A DNA stretch of 63,983 nucleotides, filler included, from Thraustochytrium aureum (taxonomy: Eukaryota), in NCBI GenBank assembly GCA_012862495.1. It is 6 parts of 4 records of this genome, joined end to end, with 100 filler letters (N's around TTAATTAATTAA, not from the genome) between each part and the next. Parts side by side here need not be neighbours in the genome. Positions count along the whole stretch, not along the records: positions 1 to 24,202 come from BLSG01000096.1; positions 24,303 to 32,425 come from BLSG01000097.1; 4 more parts are not named here. One strand, 5' to 3'. The position numbers were made by a program, and so were the translations under genes. Shown here piece by piece: positions 21,958 to 32,525 of the stretch; within the stretch, counting starts at the first letter, position 1; each line of letters begins with the position of its first letter. The notes beneath the pieces are model-generated. The model made no database searches. It saw only the letters and a list, made by a program, of their open reading frames with translations, and was not told the origin of the DNA.

Positions 21958-23085
21958 TCAGAGGTCGTCCTCCGTGGGCTCGCGACGGCGTTCGTCGAGC
22001 GCAGAGTCGGATTCAGCATCGTTGTCGACTCCGTCGAGCTTCGCGTCCGCCTTGCTCACCATCGACACGCTCTTCGTGCTTCGCACCCTGCTGAGATGCT
22101 TGCTCAGCGTCTGGGCAATCGGGGGAGACCCGCGTCGGGAGCGACGGCCAGCTGCAAAGCCGACGCCAAGGACCCCGGCCGCGCCGAGGCAGGCCCCTGC
22201 GATTGCCCCGGCACTTACTCCGGAGGTCGGCTCGGCAGCGGCTCCGTCGCCAACCTCCTCCGTGACTTCGTCAACGCCTTCAAAGGTGCTTGCAGCCTTG
22301 AGGAGGCTATCCAGCGCGCCGTTGCCCGTCGAATTGGTCTCGATCGAGCTGATGGCGGACTTGCAGGTCGTGCTAATTGCTTCCCAATTCTCAAAGAAGC
22401 AGCCGACAACCACGAGCATACCTGCGGCTAGGTCGTTTCCAGGGCCACCGCCTTTTCCCAGGCGGCGGAGGCTTTGCGTTGCGGCGACGAGGCGCCGTTT
22501 CTTGCCGCCTCCGGGGCCCTTGCCGTCCCCAGGGCCCTTGCCGTCGCCAGGGCCCTTGCCGTCGCCCTTGTCGTCGTCCTTGTCATCGTCGTCGTCGTCG
22601 TCCTTCTTGGTCTTTCCGTTGCCAACAGTGCAGTTGCCAACAGCTTCGTTTGCACGCTCGCACTCGCACAAGCAAGGGCGGTCGACGTTGACCGTGGCTT
22701 CAAAGCACTTCGGGCACGTGGAGAGGACGATCTCGGGACAGGTCGGCTCCTCCGGGCCCAAACCGCAGACCGTGCGGATGTCCTTGGCGCAAAAGAACTG
22801 GACAACCTGGAGCACCTCCTTGGCTTCTTTGGCATCATTCTTCTTGCCCTTGCCCTTGCCCATCGTCGTAGCAGCGCTTTCCTCGAGGGCGACCGCATCC
22901 TCCAGGGCTTTTTCGATGTCTGGCGGGAGGTCCACTTGCGCGCCACCGGTCGAGTTTTTCGGGCAGAATGTCTTTACCTTGAGGTTGAATAGACCCTTGC
23001 GCACTTGGTCGCCCTTGCGGTCGTAGGCCTCGCCCTGCGCGATCAGCGCCGCCGCAACGAGCAGGGCAAGCTTGAAGGCCTTCAT
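21958..23085 (-). CDS. Secreted type I membrane protein with a split GLG1/Cys-rich-FGFR-like repeat and a GDGKGP repeat
   Basis: Signal peptide MKAFKLALLVAAALIAQGEA; about 12 ectodomain Cys; KDDDDDDDDKDDDK(GDGKGP)3; two RRL motifs; TM AGAIAGACLGAAGVLGVGFAA followed by RRSRR. The ORF is uninterrupted. Confidence 0.75.
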   Translation of the reverse strand: MKAFKLALLVAAALIAQGEAYDRKGDQVRKGLFNLKVKTFCPKNSTGGAQVDLPPDIEKALEDAVALEESAATTMGKGKGKKNDAKEAKEVLQVVQFFCAKDIRTVCGLGPEEPTCPEIVLSTCPKCFEATVNVDRPCLCECERANEAVGNCTVGNGKTKKDDDDDDDKDDDKGDGKGPGDGKGPGDGKGPGGGKKRRLVAATQSLRRLGKGGGPGNDLAAGMLVVVGCFFENWEAISTTCKSAISSIETNSTGNGALDSLLKAASTFEGVDEVTEEVGDGAAAEPTSGVSAGAIAGACLGAAGVLGVGFAAGRRSRRGSPPIAQTLSKHLSRVRSTKSVSMVSKADAKLDGVDNDAESDSALDERRREPTEDDL

Positions 23086-24202
23086 CTTGACAAAGTGTGT
23101 CTCGTCCTCGCGGCTCTCAGCTGCTCCGGCCTGGCTCGATCCTGCAAAGGCTGCTGCGAGCTTTGCCGATGCTGCTCTTCGCTCTCCAAGTCGTTGGGGT
23201 ACTGGTGCGTCTGGCAAGACTACCGGTGCTTGAGGCGGCGAGGCGGGTGGGCTTCTTGGCAGCCGTCTTTGCCAACTGGAACGACGCCGACAAACCTGTG
23301 CCGTGCCCAGCCCAAGTTCCTCCAGTCCACACCCACTCGAACGGTGGTGGTCCATCGTCAAAAGCAAAATACTCTCACATCAACGCAGTCGTGGCATGGC
23401 CTGGAATGGACGCGTGGCGCATGGTTGGCATGATCCCTCTTGGCCAATTCCTGCAAAAAAAACTTGGTACGAGTGCTTGGCGCACACCACCCGGACCCCA
23501 GCTAGTACTTACTTGCACTTGCAGAGTCCTGGAAATCCCTCCGCCCACGCTCGCGCTGCCGTCCGTCTGACTCGGCTTCGCGGGATTCGTGGCGAGTTGT
23601 TGCGGCCCACGACCGGCAGTGCATCAAGCCAAGCCCAGGCGCAGCCTGCAGCCGCACGCCACCCAGCGTCGCCGGAGAAAGCACCATCCTCGAGCGCATT
23701 GCGCTTGCACGTCGTGCCTCCGCCTCGCAAGGAAGAGCCGCGATCTGACAGTCGTGACGGCTGACCGGGGCGCGCTGCACATGTAAATCCCCAGCGTCAT
23801 CGAGGAGCTCGTCAACAATGCGCGCGCCGGGCAAGCGCGTTGGCGTGGCGTCTGTAGACGCGCCTTTAGCCGCATCTCCATGCCGTCAGCCAGTCAGCAT
23901 CGACCATCGACAACACATCGAGCTCGACAGCTTGACCTGCATCTGCTGTCCCGAGGCATCCCGCCAGCATCGCGACCTCGCCTCCAGATCTGACATCCTG
24001 CACGGACAAAGCTGGGTATCATCCTCCAACACGCCTGGCGAGGGACGTGACCTTTGGCTTCGCCTTACGTGACATGAGGTGTCTAAGTGACGGGACGGCC
24101 GTGTTCGCCGAACGTAACCGATCTGAAGAAGCGACGACACGTGACATACGGTGTGCACGTGACGTGATATCCACCTCTTACGTAACACTCAGTTCTCAAG
24201 TG

Positions 24203-24302
24203 NNNNNNNNNNNNNNNNNNNNNNNNNNNNNNNNNNNNNNNNNNNNTTAATTAATTAANNNNNNNNNNNNNNNNNNNNNNNNNNNNNNNNNNNNNNNNNN
24301 NN
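24203..24302. other. Artificial contig spacer (44 N + TTAATTAATTAA + 44 N)
   Basis: The same 100-bp six-frame-stop linker recurs five times. Confidence 0.97.
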
Positions 24303-25117
24303 CTACTCGTCGGACTTGGAGTCCCAGCCTGACGATGTTGAACCTGCTTGGCCACGGATCGAGAGTCTCGACTGGGGTTTCTGGACTCATCAGTCTGGAG
24401 TCATCAGCACGCGACTCGAGGCCCGGGGAAAGGGTCGCTACGCGACTCCATCATGATGGCGCCGCATGCCGTCTCGACTTCTAATTAGATGTGAAGGTAA
24501 GTAGGGGTCAATCAAAACGACTTTCAATTGCAAGGTCAAGGCAACTCCAAGTTGGTCAAGGACTTGGAAAGTCTCCAAAATTCAAGCAGAGAGGCCAGAG
24601 AAACGGTTGACCCAGGGTAGGGTAGAGGAGGGTAATACTTTTGGAGGAAAAAGCCCACGCGCAACCTTCTCATCTATGCGTAGATTTCCGTATTATAATT
24701 TACTTTTCTAAACTTGACGTCTTGAAAAAAGTGGCCCCGTCTCTAGGGGAAAATGTGCCAGAGTGCCCCAAAGGGTATCTTCACAAGCACGCTCGCGCTG
24801 GACGAGCTGGACCGAAGCAAAACCCAAACAGCAGCCCGAAAAGCAGCCCACCGGCTCGTCCTGCGCGCTTTGGCAGGTTCTGATTGCAGCGACTCGCCAG
24901 GCTACGTTGCGTGCCGCTGAGCTTGGTGAAGGAAGGGCGCTGCTTCGCAACGGCAGGGTAAGGTGGGCTGCTTTTTGCCACCCACCCCTGTGCAACAGAC
25001 GCATGCGAAGGGGAGAGGACAATAGAAGGTGGTTTACAAGCAGACGCACGGCGCGCTTAGCTGTGACATCTGCTTTGTTTGCTGTTTCAGCATTTGTCGT
25101 GCTTCACTTTGAGTACG

Positions 25118-25807
25118 ATGGCTTCTTTCGAGCGTGTCGAGCTCTTTGTCGGGTTGCTGACCCTAATCGCGATTGGTGTTGGTGCGATAATGTACAATTC
25201 CAGCTCTTCGAAAAAGACAAAGCAATCCTCGACCTGTGACAGTGCCGGGCAGGCCTCTCGCAATTCCGCGACCCGGGCGCGAACCCCAATCCAGATCTCA
25301 CCTCTGGCACAAAAGTCGGAGTTCATCGACCAAATCGCACGGCTTTTGTTCAACGAATTTGAGGTATTCAACCGCGCAATTGGCATCGACTCTGCCGAAA
25401 AGTATGCAGCTGAGCTCAGCGAATCTGCCTTCGATGATGACTTTCCCCACCTTTTGGTGGCATGGAACGAACGTGACGGACTGCTTGGGACAATCTCTTT
25501 GGATGGTAGTGACATGGTGGATGGCGAGTTTGCCAAAGCTGGACCGTGGCTAGCTGACCTTTTCACCGTGAAGGAGCACCGTGGGAAAGGCGTTGCAGCG
25601 ACTCTTGTGAATGCGCTTTGCAACCTTGCTGTGTCGCGAGGCCATGACGAGCTTTACTTGTGGACTGAGCACCCGAACCTGGTGCCCTTTTACGTTGCCG
25701 CGGGCTTTGAGAAGGTTCGAAAACTGCCGTACCTCGGACACGACGTCCAAGTTTGCAAGAAGGATCTTGGCAAGAAGGACCTTGGTGGCAAGTTGGAACG
25801 GTCTTAA
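25118..25807 (+). CDS. GNAT N-acetyltransferase with N-terminal membrane anchor
   Basis: TM LFVGLLTLIAIGVGAIMY; LLGTISL; PWLADLFTVKEHRGKGVAATLV (motif A); LYLWTE...FYVAAGF. Confidence 0.85.
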   Translation: MASFERVELFVGLLTLIAIGVGAIMYNSSSSKKTKQSSTCDSAGQASRNSATRARTPIQISPLAQKSEFIDQIARLLFNEFEVFNRAIGIDSAEKYAAELSESAFDDDFPHLLVAWNERDGLLGTISLDGSDMVDGEFAKAGPWLADLFTVKEHRGKGVAATLVNALCNLAVSRGHDELYLWTEHPNLVPFYVAAGFEKVRKLPYLGHDVQVCKKDLGKKDLGGKLERS

Positions 25808-26114
25808 AAAAACGTGGATGAATCACCTCTAGCAATTATAACAACAAAGCTGACCACCACAACCTTGAGACTGGAATAACGTTGTCCTTGGGGCCTCGAA
25901 TATCAGCAACGCCAAACCCGTCGCGCATGAGCCAGAGGGAGCCAAGAACGAGGCTGACACTACTCGCGCGAGATAAAAGCCATAACCGCATGGAATTTTT
26001 TATTATAAATGTTGCTGTTGATTTTTGTTGTTGTTGAAGAGAAAGAGCGACGCGAAACATCGGTTTGAAGTACCACTCGGAAGTTCATTTGTGTCCACGG
26101 AACGGGAACGCTGA

Positions 26115-27871
26115 TCATTGCAATTTCATGAGCAGAGCCTTAATCTCAGCAAGCTCATTGTGGATGTTGCCAGGAAGTTTCGAATGAGCGCCAACGTTTT
26201 GCGATGCTGTCGAAACTTGGATCCGAGGTCTCCAGCTCAAGTCGCGGAATTTCCCAACACCCGGGATCAGCTCGTGCGAAGTAATGAAGCGCGCGCGTTC
26301 AAGCTGAAAAACCTCCTCGACATGCTCGATAATTGTCTGATACGTGAAGCTGAAGGAAGCGATCATCAGGTTCAGCAGCGCAACAGGAACGATCAAGAGA
26401 AAAACGACGATAACCCCGAAAGCAGCGGCGTTGACATCCTCGTTGAGCGCAATTGGGGACGTATTCCGGTCATACGTCTCTTCTTCACCGACTACAGCCA
26501 GAGCCATCACGCGAAGCGGCACAAAGTCGAGATCAAGCAAAACTTGCACGACGCCCGAGAAAGCAATAACGAGGATCGAACCGATGACCAAGAACGGGGG
26601 TAAGTCCTTCACCACTACACGGCCTACCATCACAACCAGGGGGCCAAAGCTTTCCAAAACAGCAAGAAAGTAAATCGTCGCGAACCAGCAAAAGAAGAAC
26701 TGGATGCCAGAAGCAATCTTCCACGGACGACTGTCGACGCCAAGCGTGAGCTGCCCACCAATAACCAAAGCGAGAGGCAAACGTCAAGAAATTTGGCGTA
26801 CGTCGACATGCGATGAAAGTGCGTCGGAAACCAGCCAAATCGAAGTCCTTGGGCAACTTTACCCACGCCAATGATGAGCTCCACGCCACCTTGAAACGCT
26901 GTTGCAATGAGGAAAATCACCGCAGCGAGAGAGGATTTATCGTCTGGGTGCGACGTCGCCAGGATCGTAATTGTGACAAGGCGAATGGCCTGAGAAACGG
27001 CCAGAATCACAAAAAGAAACCTTCCGTAAAGCGCCCATCGTCGGGTGAGAATAGCTTGCACCACAGGGTGGCAAACTGCGCGTGAGTCCCGTTCAACGAC
27101 ATAGTCCAGGGCGCTCGGCCCTTGCATCCCGGGCTTGAACACCAGGTCAGCTTTGTACTCGTACTGCCAAGTTCCGTCTGGCATGGTACCGAGGCTTTTG
27201 ACAGCTTCATCCAAAAACGCAGAGACGAACTCAGAGTTCGGCATCCACTGCACGACCTTTGCGACGAAGGGGGGGTTCATGACCAGATCAGTCGTACCCT
27301 CTTCGCGCATCGCAGCGAACAAGATCTTGGTTACTGGGTCTTGGCGTACGCGGATGGCGTGCTCAAGCACTGTTGCCCCGTACGTGTCGACTGCACTGAC
27401 TTTAGCGCCAAGGTCGAGGAGCAACATGGTTTGCTCCTTTGTGCTGCGTGCCCAAAAGAGTGGCGTTTCGCCATCATCATCTCGCTCTTCAATGGCGTCG
27501 GGCCCCATGGCCTTCGAAAGCACTTCGTACATCTTCTTGCTGTTCTCCATACCAGCTTTGTGCCCATGCTCTGCAAACCAGTGCATGGCGGTCCCGCCAT
27601 CCTCACACCGCGCGTGAACGTTGATGCCCGGCACGGCGAGCAGGACCTTGAGGACCTCAACGTCGCATTCTTGTACTGCGGCATGCAAGGCACAGCCGCC
27701 AAGTTCTTTCGAGGCTGCCATCACGAGGTCTGCCTGGTTTCTGGTGGAGGCCAGGATTTCCTGGACACGCGCAAGTCGCGCCGTGGGATGGCTCAGAGCC
27801 ACAATCGACTGAGTCAGCGCCTCGCTCTCCAAGCTCGGCCCGGCGCTTGCTTCGACTCTCTTTGAAGCCAT
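26115..27871 (-). CDS. Ankyrin-repeat TRP-type cation channel (TRPV/TRPA-like); frameshift near 26780
   Basis: Four ankyrin repeats (ALHAAV, GGTAMHW, GETPLFWA, GATVLEHA); pre-S1 HPVVQAILTRRW; S4-S5 linker ESFGPLVVMVGRVVVKDLPPFL; pore LAVVGEE; S6 LLNLMIASFSFTY; TRP-like helix FQLERARFI; terminal coiled coil. Confidence 0.88.
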
Positions 27872-29317
27872 CTTTTCTCCGCACGACCCGCCTGACTGCT
27901 CGCTCTCGCCTCCACACAGAGCCGCGATGATGTGCCCTTCCGCCGCTCTTGTGCTCGCTCGCCAGTTCGAGTTTGGAGTCTGCCAACAAAGCCAAGCTAT
28001 TCTGCTGCGACTTGACGGGTGGGCATTGCCTCGCCGACACACGTTTGTTGAGTTGAACGGCATGAGGTGAGAGGGTGTGAGGTACTCCTCGTTGCGCATT
28101 CTTCCTCAATGAATTGAGGCAAGATTGAGGAGTCGTGCGGTCCAAGTTGCGGAGGCATTCCTACGCTCATCGAAGAAAGCGGGACAAGCCCCACTGGCAG
28201 TTTGAGGTGTATCCCCGGAAAACTTGAAGAGTAGCAGATGATGCTCGACTTGGAGAAGGAATGACATGGATTCGCAACCTCTGCCAGGTGTGCGCAGCAA
28301 GTACCTACCTACCTCCTTTCTTTGTGTGAATCCTCTTGCCAACCACGTCACGTCACGATGTTGGCGGTGGTGCGTCACACGTGCCACTCTCTCCTAGTTC
28401 TAAAGAGTTGGAGAGCCAGGAGAGGGTAAGGCTTTTCTGAGAGGGCGGTGCAGCTGTGCGTTGCGCTCCTCAGGCCAGTGAGTCCCTCTCCGATGAGGAG
28501 AACGTGCGTTCTTGATCAAGATCAGTGGAAAAAACAACTCTGAGAAACAGAGCGCCGTGCACAACCTTCCTGGCTGTTATTTTGCGGGAAAATAGCACAA
28601 GTGATTCCNNNNNNNNNNNNNNNNNNNNNNNNNNNNNNNNNNNNNNNNNNNNNNNNNNNNNNNNNNNNNNNNNNNNNNNNNNNNNNNNNNNNNNNNNNNN
28701 NNNNNNNNNNNNNNNNNNNNNNNNNNNNNNNNNNNNNNNNNNNNNNNNNNNNNNNNNNNNNNNNNNNNNNNNNNNNNNNNNNNNNNNNNNNNNNNNNNNN
28801 NNNNNNNNNNNNNNNNNNNNNNNNNNNNNNNNNNNNNNNNNNNNNNNNNNNNNNNNNNNNNNNNNNNNNNNNNNNNNNNNNNNNNNNNNNNNNNNNNNNN
28901 NNNNNNNNNNNNNNNNNNNNNNNNNNNNNNNNNNNNNNNNNNNNNNNNNGGTGCGCGCTGCTGTAGGTGTTGGTTTGCCTGCCCGGCCAGCCCGCGAGCG
29001 GCATTGGTGGCTTGGCGTTGACAATCGGATGGCTTGGCGCCGCTGACGGGCTGGCTCGACGTCGTCCATGAAGCCTGCTAGTGAGGCACGCACAATTCCT
29101 CCTTGGCACGCACGTGACGAGGATTGGTGTCAGGATCCGACTCGCTCCCTTCGCAAAGCAGGTGGTCAGCACAGATGCCAGACACAGACGCACGCTCAAG
29201 AGCGAGCCTGAACACGTGCGCCTCGAGTGCAGCAATCAATCGGTTCGGATGCCTTCGACGTGTTGGCACGTGCGAGACAGATGCGGCACGCAACAGCAGT
29301 TCTCAATCGATCGCGGC

Positions 29318-29578
29318 ATGCTCGGGCGCAGTCTGGCCACGCCGGAGATGTCGGGGCTGGCTAGCGCGCTCTGGGCGCGGGGCGAGGAGGCGCCTCGGCG
29401 GACTTGCGACGCGCTCGTTGCTGCGAAAGAGGTGACCTGCGCCTGGGCTGCGGAGCACCGGCACCTGCTCTGGGGACTTGTCGGGCTCTGCTTGATGGAC
29501 AGCCTGGTCGGCGCGGTCGCGATGGCCTGCCTGTTTTTGCAGTGCTGCTGCCTGCGCGAGACGAGGAGGAGCGCGTGA
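29318..29578 (+). CDS. Small hypothetical membrane protein with a Cys cluster
   Basis: Hydrophobic LLWGLVGLCLMDSLVGAVAMACLFLQCCC followed by a basic tail; no family recognised. Confidence 0.35.
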   Translation: MLGRSLATPEMSGLASALWARGEEAPRRTCDALVAAKEVTCAWAAEHRHLLWGLVGLCLMDSLVGAVAMACLFLQCCCLRETRRSA

Positions 29579-29706
29579 CGCTGCTGCCGGCGCGGCGCGG
29601 GGCTGCGATCCTGTAGTGTACCATTACTTGCTTGTATTCTCTACTAGTGTTGGAGCTATGAAAATAAATGCCGCATCCTCTTCAGGTTCCATCGATCGAG
29701 GGCCCG

Positions 29707-30237
29707 TCAAAGACCGGCCTGAGAGCCCTCGGGCTGGTGCGCGCACTCCAGCGCAGAGCTCGGCTCGTAGCGTTCGTCTCTCTCCTCCTCCGTCGTCGCC
29801 AGGCTCGGAACGCGCACCATAGCCAGCGCCTTGCGTTCTTGTGTGTCGGAGCCACGGCGCTCGGCGTCCGGGCAGCCCCACGTCGTCGACGCGGATGGCA
29901 CCGACCCCGCAGAGCTCGGGCGCTCGCCGTCGACAAGAAAGAAGAGCGAGGCGAAAACCAGATTGTGGTTTGGGTCCACTTTGCGCTCCGTACCCCCGCC
30001 GAGCGTGATGGACGAGGCATTGCGCGCGACCGAGACGCTGGGCGCCGAAGGGCATCCATCCGCTTGTACCCCGCTCTGCATGTCGAGGGGCACGACCGAA
30101 AGGAGGCTCTGCCTCCGCTCGCGGTGACGGGGCCTCGTGAACCTCATGATGATCAACGCGCCCCAGGCCGTCAACACGATCGGAAGCACGCCGACCGATG
30201 CGACCCACACAGGCTCGTGCGTCAAGTACTGAATCAT
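29707..30237 (-). CDS. C-terminal fragment of a hypothetical membrane protein (5' part in a gap)
   Basis: TM VWVASVGVLPIVLTAWGALII followed by a basic stop-transfer (RFTRPRHRERR); frame open to 29707. Confidence 0.4.
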   Translation of the reverse strand: MIQYLTHEPVWVASVGVLPIVLTAWGALIIMRFTRPRHRERRQSLLSVVPLDMQSGVQADGCPSAPSVSVARNASSITLGGGTERKVDPNHNLVFASLFFLVDGERPSSAGSVPSASTTWGCPDAERRGSDTQERKALAMVRVPSLATTEEERDERYEPSSALECAHQPEGSQAGL

Positions 30238-32016
30238 NNNNNNNNNNNNNNNNNNNNNNNNNNNNNNNNNNNNNNNNNNNNNNNNNNNNNNNNNNNNNNN
30301 NNNNNNNNNNNNNNNNNNNNNNNNNNNNNNNNNNNNNNNNNNNNNNNNNNNNNNNNNNNNNNNNNNNNNNNNNNNNNNNNNNNNNNNNNNNNNNNNNNNN
30401 NNNNNNNNNNNNNNNNNNNNNNNNNNNNNNNNNNNNNNNNNNNNNNNNNNNNNNNNNNNNNNNNNNNNNNNNNNNNNNNNNNNNNNNNNNNNNNNNNNNN
30501 NNNNNNNNNNNNNNNNNNNNNNNNNNNNNNNNNNNNNNNNNNNNNNNNNNNNNNNNNNNNNNNNNNNNNNNNNNNNNNNNNNNNNNNNNNNNNNNNNNNN
30601 NNNNNNNNNNNNNNNNNNNNNNNNNNNNNNNNNNNNNNNNNNNNNNNNNNNNNNNNNNNNNNNNNNNNNNNNNNNNNNNNNNNNNNNNNNNNNNNNNNNN
30701 NNNNNNNNNNNNNNNNNNNNNNNNNNNNNNNNNNNNNNNNNNNNNNNNNNNNNNNNNNNNNNNNNNNNNNNNNNNNNNNNNNNNNNNNNNNNNNNNNNNN
30801 NNNNNNNNNNNNNNNNNNNNNNNNNNNNNNNNNNNNNNNNNNNNNNNNNNNNNNNNNNNNNNNNNNNNNNNNNNNNNNNNNNNNNNNNNNNNNNNNNNNN
30901 NNNNNNNNNNNNNNNNNNNNNNNNNNNNNNNNNNNNNNNNNNNNNNNNNNNNNNNNNNNNNNNNNNNNNNNNNNNNNNNNNNNNNNNNNNNNNNNNNNNN
31001 NNNNNNNNNNNNNNNNNNNNNNNNNNNNNNNNNNNNNNNNNNNNNNNNNNNNNNNNNNNNNNNNNNNNNNNNNNNNNNNNNNNNNNNNNNNNNNNNNNNN
31101 NNNNNNNNNNNNNNNNNNNNNNNNNNNNNNNNNNNNNNNNNNNNNNNGACCACGACGTGGCATCCTGCGCCGAATGCCGGAATACCGATTTGCGCCCCGT
31201 AGCGCCAACCATCGCAGCGCACTGGGCGGTATTGTGGCACGCCGAGTGTGACGGCCACGGCCCTTGCGCCACCACCATCGTGGTGGTGGCGGCTTGCACA
31301 GCGCTCGGGTTTCGTGTCTGCGGCGCGCTCTCACGCTCGCTCTCTCCGCCTGCCTGTCCTGAGAGCGCTCGCGCTGACACGGTAAGTGGCGAGAGGTGGA
31401 GTTCATCAGCGGGGAGGCTTTTTGGTTTGCCTGTTACTTACTTTTACATCTCTCACAAGAGCGTGTCTTGCAACTCTGCCGCCGGCCGGCGATGAGGCCG
31501 CCAGGTGCCGCCTCGAGTCCGTCTGTGTCCACTCGCTGCTTCTGTGCTCTCGCTCTCTCTTGATCAAGAAAGAGGGTTGGGGCGCCCGCCTGCTTGCTTG
31601 TTGACTGGAGGAAAACGGATCTGCGATCCGTTCAACGGCACGACGCCGTGTCGTTGATCGAGCGCCGCGACCGCGCCGCGATAGCCTTGTCGGCGGTTCT
31701 CTCTTAGCGCCCGCCGAGTCGCTCGGGGTGGCAAAAGCGTCAACGAAAAGAATTCCTGCGACAACGACGGGATCGGGCGGTCGGTCCTTCGCGAGACCTG
31801 AAGGGAAAAGCTATGCTTCGATGGTTGCCGTCCGCCGTCGCTTTGCCTGCAGTCTAGGACGTCGCAGCGGTCGAAGAGATGTACAGAGAGAGGTTCCTTG
31901 TCCAGCCGACACGTCTTGGCCAGACATGCTTCGGAAACAACATCAGTTGACATTGGCATGCACTTTTCGCGAGGGGCCAGAGATCGTTGGTCTTTTCTAC
32001 GCTGGGGGGTCGCCGC

Positions 32017-32425
32017 CTACTCGTCCGACACCGCGGGCGTCCCGATTTCGTCGGCCTCTACAACGCTGCCGACATACTTGCGCAGCTTGGCCATCCCCTG
32101 CTGGCCGTTCAACGTGAGCCCAACTTTTACAAGCGGCGAGAGGAGCGCGAACGCCCCTCTAAGCGAGACGGCCCCGTTCCACTCGAGCACGCACGCCGAC
32201 TCGCCCGCCGGGTGAATGATCCACTCTTCTGCAAAAGCCTTGAACGCCTTCACGCTGGCCCTGTCAAAGCGAAAAGCCATGCGCTCCCCTTCGACCCACT
32301 CGAAAAACTGCTCATGGGCTTCGAGAGCTCCTTGCTTGATCGTGCGCGACGTTGCCGGCCCAAACTCGCTCGTCCATTCGACCTCGAGGCCGAGCATGGC
32401 GCGCCACATTTCGGGCGTCTTCATC
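32017..32425 (-). CDS. SRPBCC (START/polyketide cyclase-like) domain protein, 5'-truncated at the contig edge
   Basis: VEWTSEFGPATSRTI...HEQFFEWVEGERMAFRF...AFAEEWII...CVLEW, then a long C-terminal helix ending LRKYV: helix-grip fold pattern. Confidence 0.75.
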
Positions 32426-32525
32426 NNNNNNNNNNNNNNNNNNNNNNNNNNNNNNNNNNNNNNNNNNNNTTAATTAATTAANNNNNNNNNNNNNNNNNNN
32501 NNNNNNNNNNNNNNNNNNNNNNNNN
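32426..32525. other. Artificial contig spacer
   Basis: 44 N + TTAATTAATTAA + 44 N. Confidence 0.97.

Noticed and set aside
21638..23026. 462-aa + strand ORF and many other long antisense ORFs
   Set aside because: These are shadows of real genes on the opposite strand, expected in GC-rich DNA. ORFs running through N gaps are also artificially long.
23500..23680. TACTTACTTG as the 5' end of a U1 snRNA
   Set aside because: It mismatches ACTTACCTG, and I see no U1 stem-loop I sequence or Sm site downstream.
24203..24302. TTAATTAATTAA flanked by Ns as a biological repeat or piggyBac-like TTAA site
   Set aside because: The identical 100-bp construct occurs five times and cuts genes mid-frame; it is a six-frame-stop concatenation linker.
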